DNA from: an uncultured Candidatus Saccharibacteria bacterium
GTDB taxonomy: Bacteria; Patescibacteriota; JABMPQ01; JAQVVF01
DNA: 64,000 bases
Assembly: GCA_964574655.1 (NCBI GenBank)
Contig: CAZNOH010000001.1
Location: 201,852 to 265,851 of the forward strand
Direction of reading: 5' to 3'
The translations under genes were made by a program, and so were the position numbers. Below are positions 57,083 to 64,000 of this stretch, piece by piece. Below the pieces are notes generated by a model, which was not told where the DNA came from, did not search any database, and saw only the letters and a list, made by a program, of their open reading frames with translations. The first letter of the stretch is position 1, and each line of letters opens with the position of its first letter.

Positions 57083-58387
57083 ATGAAAAAAATAATAAAA
57101 ATAAATCATCTAGCTAAAATGGAAGGGCATGCTTCGTTTGAAGGCAAGATTTTGGCAGGAAGAATTTTAGAAGCGCATATTATTACAGAAGAAGGCGCAA
57201 GATTAATTGAGGGAACATTGGTAGGCAGACATTATTCTGAAGCGTCGACGATTACTTCCAGAATTTGTGGGATCTGTCCAATTGTTCATCATCTAACAGC
57301 TGTGAAAGCTTTGGAAGAATGTTTTGATGTTAAAGTCAGCTCTGAAACTATAATGCTTAGAAAAGTTTTGGAATTAGCGCAAATAATTCATAGCCATACT
57401 TTGCATCTTTTCTTTTTGTCTTTACCTGATTTTTTGAATTATGATGATACAAAAAAGATGGCAGGTAGATATCCTAATGAAGCGCAGATGGCAATTGATA
57501 TTCGGAAATGGGCGACTGATTTATGTTTAGTAATTGGTGGTAGAATTACACATCCTTTGACAAATATGGTAGGCGGATTTAGGAAATGGCCCGAAGAAGA
57601 AAATTTAGAAAAATTTTTAGATGGTTCTGGTGATATTTTGGAGATGGCATTAAAAATCGCCCAATTATTTAGAGATTTAGATTATCCAAAGTTTGATAAT
57701 CTAGGAAACTTTATTGCGTTATCAAATGATACTGAATATGCAATCTATGAAGGCGAAGTTAAAATTTGGGAGACAAAGAAAAATTTAGCTAAAAAAATAT
57801 TTGGCAAGCAAATGAAAGGAATAAGTGCAACGAAATTTATTAAGAAAATTAAAGAAATAGAATTGCAAAATGAATTGGTAAAAAGAGTGAAGTATAATGG
57901 AAAGTCTTTTTTTTGTGGAGCATTAGCAAGGATTAATATCAATAAATATCTGTTGAATGAAGAGTCTTCAAAATTTTTAGAAACAACAAATATTGATTTT
58001 CCAACAGATAATACTTTTTATAATGTTTTAGCTCAAGCTGTTGAGGTTATTCATTGTGTTGAAGAAATCAGAAATTTATTGAGAGAATTAAAGAAGATAA
58101 ATTGGTTGAAGGCTAAAAATACGAGTTTTAAAATTAAGGCTGGCAAAGGAGTGGCTGCAATTGAGGCGCCGAGAGGGACTTTGTATCATTATTATGAAAC
58201 TGATAAAGATGGATATATTAAAAACTGTAATATAATTACGCCAACAGCGCAGTTTTTGGCAAAATTAGAAGATGATTTGAGTGTGTTTTTATCTGATGTT
58301 AAAAATTTGCCGGATTTGGAAAGAAAAAATAAAATAAAAATGATGATAAGGGCGTTTGATCCGTGTATTAGTTGCGCTACGCACTAA
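57083..58387 (+). CDS. [NiFe]-hydrogenase group 3b large (alpha) subunit
   Basis: KMEGH, SRICGICPIVH (L1), EAPRGTLYH and DPCISCATH-stop (L2). Confidence 0.94.
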   Translation: MKKIIKINHLAKMEGHASFEGKILAGRILEAHIITEEGARLIEGTLVGRHYSEASTITSRICGICPIVHHLTAVKALEECFDVKVSSETIMLRKVLELAQIIHSHTLHLFFLSLPDFLNYDDTKKMAGRYPNEAQMAIDIRKWATDLCLVIGGRITHPLTNMVGGFRKWPEEENLEKFLDGSGDILEMALKIAQLFRDLDYPKFDNLGNFIALSNDTEYAIYEGEVKIWETKKNLAKKIFGKQMKGISATKFIKKIKEIELQNELVKRVKYNGKSFFCGALARININKYLLNEESSKFLETTNIDFPTDNTFYNVLAQAVEVIHCVEEIRNLLRELKKINWLKAKNTSFKIKAGKGVAAIEAPRGTLYHYYETDKDGYIKNCNIITPTAQFLAKLEDDLSVFLSDVKNLPDLERKNKIKMMIRAFDPCISCATH

Positions 58388-58419
58388 TTTTACAAATACA
58401 AAAAATAATTTAAAATATT

Positions 58420-58851
58420 ATGAAAAAACAAAATAGAAAAAAAATAAACAAGGATGTTACAGTCAGAAGTTTATCAGAAAAAATTGATAAGCGTTTTGAG
58501 CAAGTTGATAAGCGTTTTGATAAGATGATGAAAGTAATGGATAATAGATTTGGTGAGTTGTATAGTTTTTTACAAAAACACATGGTAACAAAAGAGGAAT
58601 TTAATGAAAGATTGTTGAAGTTGGAAAACAGAATTGAGAATATTGAACAAAATTATTCAACGAAGGATGATTTATTGAAAGTAAAAGATGAACTTTTGAC
58701 ATTAATGGATAAAATTATTAATGATTATAAAAAAGATAAACAAGAACATGCTTTTTTCAGTTATCATCTGGAAAGAATTGCAAAATTAGAATATCGGATT
58801 GATAAAATAGAGGGTAAGAAAGTTAAAGACTTAAAATTTACAAATGCATGA
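58420..58851 (+). CDS. Coiled-coil hypothetical protein
   Basis: DKRF repeats; TKEEF/TKDDL motifs; overlaps the hypA start. Confidence 0.65.
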   Translation: MKKQNRKKINKDVTVRSLSEKIDKRFEQVDKRFDKMMKVMDNRFGELYSFLQKHMVTKEEFNERLLKLENRIENIEQNYSTKDDLLKVKDELLTLMDKIINDYKKDKQEHAFFSYHLERIAKLEYRIDKIEGKKVKDLKFTNA

Positions 58852-59101
58852 CTTTCATGCGGCGGACAATTTATTAAAGATGGCACTTGAACATGCAAAG
58901 AAAAATAAACTGAGAAAAGTTGACAAAATTAAAATTGAATTAGGAAAATTTGTTGAGCATGGGCAAGAAATATTAGCAGATAATTTGAAATTTAATATTA
59001 AAATGTTGGCTAAAGGTACGATTGCTAAAAATGCAGAAATTGTTATTATTGAGAAACAAGGTGAAAGAGGCTATGAATTAGTAGAGATTGAAGGAGAATA
59101 G
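58844..59101 (+). CDS. hypA: Minimal HypA nickel chaperone lacking the zinc domain
   Basis: MHD N-terminus, KIELG, GTIAKNAEI and ELVEIEGE; no Cys. Confidence 0.75.
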   Translation: MHDFHAADNLLKMALEHAKKNKLRKVDKIKIELGKFVEHGQEILADNLKFNIKMLAKGTIAKNAEIVIIEKQGERGYELVEIEGE

Positions 59102-59103
59102 AT

Positions 59104-59132
59104 GTAGAGACGTCCAATTTGGGCGTCTGTAC
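59104..59132. repeat. GTAGAGACG REP-like palindrome
   Basis: gtagagacgtccaatttgggcgtctgtac. Confidence 0.8.
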
Positions 59133-59147
59133 TTAAAGATTTAAAGT

Positions 59148-60311
59148 ATGAATAAAAAAACAATCAAAGATATTGATGTCAAAAATAAAACAGTTTTAGT
59201 CAGAGCTGATTTTAATGTACCAATTAAAGATGGTAAGATTCTTGACGATTTTAAAATTAAAAAAAGCCTTGATACTATAAATTATTTGATTAAAAATAAT
59301 GCGAAAATTGTTTTGATGTCGCATTTGGGAAAGCCAAAAGGAAAGGTTGTTGAAGATTTAAGATTAGATTCGATTGCGAAAAGATTAAGTGAAATGTTAG
59401 AAAAAAAAGTTGAAAAATTAAATGACTGTATAGGGCAGGAAGTTAATGATAAGGTTAAGCAGGCGAAATTAGGTGATGTGATATTGTTAGAGAATGTTCG
59501 TTTTCATCCTGAAGAAGAGAAAAATGATCCAGAATTTGCTAAGAAATTGGCGAGTTTGGGAGAAATTTTTTGTGAAGATGGGTTTGGATCAGTACATCGC
59601 GCTCATGCATCTGTTTCAGGAATTGCTAAATTTTTGTCAGCTGTTGCAGGATTATTGTTGGAAAAAGAAGTTGATGTTTTGACAGAAGTTTTAGAGAAGC
59701 CAGATCATCCATATTTAGTGATTTTAGGTGGAGCAAAGATTTCAACAAAATTAAATTTGATTAATAAGCTAGCAAAACAGGCGGACAAGCTTTTGGTTGC
59801 AGGTGCATTGTCTAATACTATTTTTCTGGCGAATGGCGTGAATGTTGGCGGATCAATCGTGGAAAAAGAAATGCTAGAGCAAATTAAAAATACAGTTTTA
59901 AAAAATACTAACATTGATATTCCGATTGATGTAATTGTCGGAAAAGATAATGGCGATGGGACGAGAACTGTTGATATTGGGAATGGAATAAGCAGCGATG
60001 AATTTATTTATGATATTGGACCGAAAACAATTGATTTGTTTAAGAGAAAAATTGATAAAGCGAGATTAGTTGTTTGGAATGGGCCAATGGGAAAATTTGA
60101 GAATAAAAAATTTGCAAAAGGTACTGAGAATATTGCAAAAGAATTGGTAAGAGTTAAAAAAGCAGTTGTTGGCGGAGGAGAGACTTCAATGGCAATTCGA
60201 AAATTAGGCTTAGAAGATAAAATTTATTTTTTATCTACTGGTGGGGGAGCAATGCTGGAGTTTTTAGAGGGAAAACTAATGCCGGGAATAGAGTGCTTAT
60301 TAGATAAATAA
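59148..60311 (+). CDS. pgk: Phosphoglycerate kinase
   Basis: RADFNVP, SHLGKP, LLENVRF, WNGPMG and STGGGA. Confidence 0.98.
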   Translation: MNKKTIKDIDVKNKTVLVRADFNVPIKDGKILDDFKIKKSLDTINYLIKNNAKIVLMSHLGKPKGKVVEDLRLDSIAKRLSEMLEKKVEKLNDCIGQEVNDKVKQAKLGDVILLENVRFHPEEEKNDPEFAKKLASLGEIFCEDGFGSVHRAHASVSGIAKFLSAVAGLLLEKEVDVLTEVLEKPDHPYLVILGGAKISTKLNLINKLAKQADKLLVAGALSNTIFLANGVNVGGSIVEKEMLEQIKNTVLKNTNIDIPIDVIVGKDNGDGTRTVDIGNGISSDEFIYDIGPKTIDLFKRKIDKARLVVWNGPMGKFENKKFAKGTENIAKELVRVKKAVVGGGETSMAIRKLGLEDKIYFLSTGGGAMLEFLEGKLMPGIECLLDK

Positions 60312-60325
60312 AATTAATAATATTT

Positions 60326-61567
60326 ATGAAAATAATTAAGATTAGAGCCCGAGAAATTCTTGACTCAAGAGGTGAGCCAACTGTGGAAGTGCGTGTTGAT
60401 TTAGATGGCGGTAAATTTGGCATTGCTAGAGTTCCTTCTGGTGCTTCAACAGGAAAATATGAAGTATTAGAATTGAGAGATAAAGATAAAAAAAGATATG
60501 GCGGGAAAGGAGTGTTGAGAGCTTGCAAAAATGTTAATGATATTATTTCGCAAAGGCTGGTTGGATTATATGCAGATAAGCAAGAAAAAATTGATCGGAC
60601 TTTGATTGCATTAGATGGGACAAAAAATAAATCAAAATTAGGAGCAAATGCGATTCTTGGCGTGTCATTAGCATGTTGTGTAGCAGCAGCTAATTCTAAA
60701 GAAATCGAACTATATCAGTATATCGGCGAAATTTTTGGCAATGATAATTTTGTAATGCCGCAAGCATATTTTAATATTATCAATGGTGGAAAACATGCTG
60801 ACTCTGGATTAGATGTCCAGGAATTTATGATTGTGCCAAAAGCAGTTAATTTTTATGAAAAAGTGAGAGTTGGTTCAGAAATTTTTCATGCTTTGAAAGA
60901 TATTTTGCAAAGAAGAGAATATTCAATTAGTGTTGGTGACGAGGGTGGTTTTGCACCGAAATTAGATAGCAATGAACATGCAATTGAAACTATTTTGAAG
61001 GCAATCGAAGAGGCAGGATATAAGCCAGGAGCTGATGTAAATATTGCTTTAGATGTTGCTGCTTCTTCTTTCTATAGTAAGGAGAAGGGATATTGTTTGA
61101 ATTCTGGCAAGTGCATTGAATCAGATCATTTAATAGCGATGTTTTCGGATTGGATTAGCAAATATCCAATAAAAAGCATTGAAGATCCTCTCGCTCAAGA
61201 TGATTGGGAAGGTTTTAAAAAAATTACTGAAAAGTTAGGAGATAAAATTCAAATAATTGGTGATGATTTGTTTGTAACAAACATTGAAAGAGTAAAAAAA
61301 GGTATTGTTGAAAATTGCGCAAATTCTGTTTTGATAAAACCAAATCAAATTGGTACTTTGACGGAAACTTTTGAATGTATAAAATTAGCAAAATCAAAAG
61401 GCTATGCAACAATGGTTTCGCATCGTTCTGGCGAGACAACTGATACTTTTATTGCTGATCTTTGTGTTGGAACTAATGCCGCACAGATCAAGTCTGGTTC
61501 CTTGTCTCGTGGTGAAAGAGTTTGCAAATATAATCGGTTGATGGAGATTGAGGAGAAGCTTAAATAA
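60326..61567 (+). CDS. eno: Enolase
   Basis: EILDSRG, VPSGASTG, GDEGGFAP and SHRSGET. Confidence 0.98.
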   Translation: MKIIKIRAREILDSRGEPTVEVRVDLDGGKFGIARVPSGASTGKYEVLELRDKDKKRYGGKGVLRACKNVNDIISQRLVGLYADKQEKIDRTLIALDGTKNKSKLGANAILGVSLACCVAAANSKEIELYQYIGEIFGNDNFVMPQAYFNIINGGKHADSGLDVQEFMIVPKAVNFYEKVRVGSEIFHALKDILQRREYSISVGDEGGFAPKLDSNEHAIETILKAIEEAGYKPGADVNIALDVAASSFYSKEKGYCLNSGKCIESDHLIAMFSDWISKYPIKSIEDPLAQDDWEGFKKITEKLGDKIQIIGDDLFVTNIERVKKGIVENCANSVLIKPNQIGTLTETFECIKLAKSKGYATMVSHRSGETTDTFIADLCVGTNAAQIKSGSLSRGERVCKYNRLMEIEEKLK

Positions 61568-61690
61568 TTTTTAATTTATAATTTCAAATTTTAAATAAAT
61601 TTTAAAATATTAATTTCAAAAATGTTTTTTGACGTTTGTTTTAAAATTATATTATTTAAAATTCAATTAAAATTTAAAATTTAAAATTTT
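61566..61690. repeat. Long AT-rich inverted repeat of heptamer units
   Basis: aatttttaatttataatttcaaatttt...aaaattcaattaaaatttaaaatttaaaatt. Confidence 0.6.
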
Positions 61691-61691
61691 T

Positions 61692-63281
61692 ATGATATAT
61701 AAACAAGCAGTTTTAATCATTTTGGATGGATTTGGTATTGCTCCACCAAGCAAGGGAAATTGTGTTATGCAAGCAAAGATGCCATATTATAATGAGTTAC
61801 TAAAAAATTATACTCATACAACAATTCAAGCTTCTGGCGAGGAAGTTGGTTTGCCATGGAGGGATATGGGAAATTCAGAAGTTGGTCATGGCAATTTGGG
61901 AGCAGGCAGAATTTCTTATCAAAGCTTGCCATTAATAAATACAGCAATTTTAAATAAGACTTTTTTTAAAAATGAAGCTTTAATGGGTGCGATTGAGCAT
62001 GTTAAAAAAAATAAGAGTAGTTTACATCTGATGGGTTTGGTCAGCTCTGGGGGTATTCATGCGCATATTGAACACTTGTTTGCGTTATTGAAATTAGCTA
62101 AGCAGAATAAAATAAAAAAAGTATATATTCATTGTTTTATGGATGGTAGAGATATGCCAAAGGATTCAGGCATAGATATGATTACAAAAATTGAAGAAGA
62201 AACGAGCGGATGGTTTTCAGTTGGCAAAATTGCAACAATGAGCGGTAGATATTATGTAATGGATCGTGATGATAATTGGGACAGAGTTGAAAAAGCTTAT
62301 AATGCGATGGTCGGAGCGTCGGAGCGTCGGAGCGTCGGAGCGTCGGAACCAAAGTTTTTTGCGAATCCAATTACGGCAATTAAAGATTCTTATGCTCACA
62401 AAGTTTATGATGAGCAGGTGGAGCCAGTTGTGATTGGAACAAAAGAAAAACCAGTAGCTAAGATTTCTAAAGGCGATTCAATAATATTTTTTAATTATAG
62501 AACTGATCGAGCCAGGCAAATTACTGAAGCTTTTGTTAGCGATGATTTTAAAGGTTTTAAACGTGAAAAAATAGAAGATTTATTTTTTGTTTGTTTTACA
62601 GAATATAAAAAAGGATTATGCAAAAATATTGCCTTTCAGCAGAAAGAAACTCCAAATGGTTTGTCAGAAACAATTAGCAAAAATAATTTAAAACAATTTC
62701 ATGTTGCAGAGACAGAAAAGTTTGCGCATGTGACTTTCTTTTTTAATTGCGGACAAGAAGAACCTTTTGCAGGAGAAATTCACAAAGTTGTAGCCTCGCC
62801 AAAAGTAGAATCTTATGACCAGAAACCAGAAATGTCGGCGCAAGGTGTAACTGAAGAAGTAATGAAAGCAATAAAAGAAAAATATAATTTTATCTTAATT
62901 AATTTCGCTAATCCAGATATGGTCGGGCATACCGGAAATATTTCTGCAACAATAAAGGGTTTGGATTTTGTTGATTCTTGTTTAAAAAAAATTGTGACAG
63001 AAGTTTTGAATAATAATGGCGTTGTAGTTTTGACAGCTGATCATGGTAATTGCGAGGAAAAAATTAATCTGCAAACTAGTAAATCAGAGAAACAACATAC
63101 TGCAAATCCAGTGCCTTTGATTTTAATTGGCAAAGGATTGGAACGAAAATCTGATAATACTGATTTGAGCTTGGAATCACCGACTGGAGCTTTAGCTGAT
63201 GTGGCGCCAACAATTTTAGCATTAATGGGAATTGAAAAACCGGTAGAGATGATAGGAATTGATTTAACTAAAGCGATATAA
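61692..63281 (+). CDS. gpmI: 2,3-bisphosphoglycerate-independent phosphoglycerate mutase
   Basis: ILDGFG, MGNSEVGH, AETEK, NPDMVGHTG and TADHGN. Confidence 0.97.
   Translation: MIYKQAVLIILDGFGIAPPSKGNCVMQAKMPYYNELLKNYTHTTIQASGEEVGLPWRDMGNSEVGHGNLGAGRISYQSLPLINTAILNKTFFKNEALMGAIEHVKKNKSSLHLMGLVSSGGIHAHIEHLFALLKLAKQNKIKKVYIHCFMDGRDMPKDSGIDMITKIEEETSGWFSVGKIATMSGRYYVMDRDDNWDRVEKAYNAMVGASERRSVGASEPKFFANPITAIKDSYAHKVYDEQVEPVVIGTKEKPVAKISKGDSIIFFNYRTDRARQITEAFVSDDFKGFKREKIEDLFFVCFTEYKKGLCKNIAFQQKETPNGLSETISKNNLKQFHVAETEKFAHVTFFFNCGQEEPFAGEIHKVVASPKVESYDQKPEMSAQGVTEEVMKAIKEKYNFILINFANPDMVGHTGNISATIKGLDFVDSCLKKIVTEVLNNNGVVVLTADHGNCEEKINLQTSKSEKQHTANPVPLILIGKGLERKSDNTDLSLESPTGALADVAPTILALMGIEKPVEMIGIDLTKAI
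62310..62349 (+). repeat. Intragenic octamer tandem repeat (GTCGGAGC)x4 + GTCGGAAC
   Basis: Direct reading; encodes VGASERRSVGASE. Confidence 0.9.
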
Positions 63282-63299
63282 AGATATTAATTTTTAATT

Positions 63300-63866
63300 A
63301 TGAAAATAAAAATTGAAGTCAGTGCTCGACATATTCATTTGAGCCAAGAACATTTAGATCAACTTTTTGGAAAAGATCATAAATTAACAAAAAAGTTAGG
63401 TTTGTCGCAAGAAGGTGAATTTGCCTGTGAAGAAACTTTGAAAGTTGTGGGACCAAAAGGGAAAATTGAAAATGTCAGGATTATCGGACCTGTTCGATCA
63501 AAAACTCAAATAGAAGTTTCGAAAACAGATGGTTTTATGCTAGGCAATATTCCTCCTTTGTGTGTTTCTGGTGATGTTGTTGGTTCTGCACCTGTAAAAT
63601 TAGTTGGTCCTAACGGCTCCGTTGATTTATTGGAAGGCATGATCATTGTGATGAGACATGTTCATATATCTATTGGTAAAGCCAAAGAATTAAATTTAGA
63701 AAATGGGCAAAGAGTTTCTGTTTCTTGTCTAGGAGATCGAGGATTATTATTTGATAATGTTGTTGTTAGAGTTAAAGAAAATTTTCAATTCTTTTTTCAG
63801 ATTGATACTGATGAAGCAAATGCGGCTGGTGTTGAAAATGGAGATGTCGGGGAGTTAGTTGTTTAA
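63300..63866 (+). CDS. pduL: PduL-type phosphate acyltransferase (phosphotransacylase)
   Basis: SARHIHLS, LSQEGEFA, TQIEVSKTD, RHVHI and IDTDEANA. Confidence 0.92.
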   Translation: MKIKIEVSARHIHLSQEHLDQLFGKDHKLTKKLGLSQEGEFACEETLKVVGPKGKIENVRIIGPVRSKTQIEVSKTDGFMLGNIPPLCVSGDVVGSAPVKLVGPNGSVDLLEGMIIVMRHVHISIGKAKELNLENGQRVSVSCLGDRGLLFDNVVVRVKENFQFFFQIDTDEANAAGVENGDVGELVV

Positions 63867-63960
63867 TTTCTACCTGGCTTTAGCCAAGGGGTTTGAAAGC
63901 TTTAGCTTTCGTACCTGGAGCTAAAGCTCCACAACCCTTCAGCTAAAGCTGAGTAGAAAT
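63866..63960. mobile_element. Second CTTTAG/CTAAAG-loop composite palindromic element
   Basis: Same left arm as 50196; inner and right hairpins differ by compensatory changes. Confidence 0.65.
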
Positions 63961-64000
63961 TTGTAAATAATTTTATGAAAGAACAATTTGGTGAAAAAAT

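Noticed and set aside
63975-64000. Start of the next CDS (MKEQFGEK...)
   Set aside because: Only eight codons are visible; it cannot be identified

Overview
AT-rich (about 30% GC), almost entirely + strand chromosomal segment using genetic code 11. It most likely comes from a Patescibacteria/CPR (Parcubacteria-like) bacterium; this is an inference from the missing rpmD between rpsE and rplO, SD-less housekeeping genes and group 3b-type hydrogenase. Layout: split comEC, glycosyltransferases and ndk; a TrpR/YerC-led nucleoside-phosphorylase/HAD/kinase/PRTase operon; two ATP-grasp ligases and an M20 peptidase; tRNA-Pro; a DEAD-box helicase; rpmB (missed by the ORF track); the str-S10-spc ribosomal cluster through secY-adk-map; and a glycolysis cluster (tpiA, fba, pgk, eno, gpmI, pduL) with a four-subunit [NiFe] sulfhydrogenase locus embedded in it. 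Top finding: the [NiFe] locus has no HypB/D/E/F or maturation protease, but contains the [FeFe]-hydrogenase maturases HydG and HydE, with HydE fused to HypC. This suggests a possibly undescribed radical-SAM route to the Fe(CN)x(CO) unit of a [NiFe] enzyme. Other findings: four classical leader-peptide attenuators (two tandem aromatic-rich ones, one built into the 3' end of the TrpR-like gene, one after secY); boxA-like motifs in front of SD-led orphan genes; at least eight families of small palindromic or tandem repeats that nest in each other and insert in-frame into proteins; a tRNA-Pro with C33/C55 beside a decayed copy; and an EF-G with an NKIN G4 motif. All calls come from reading the sequence; no database searches were run.
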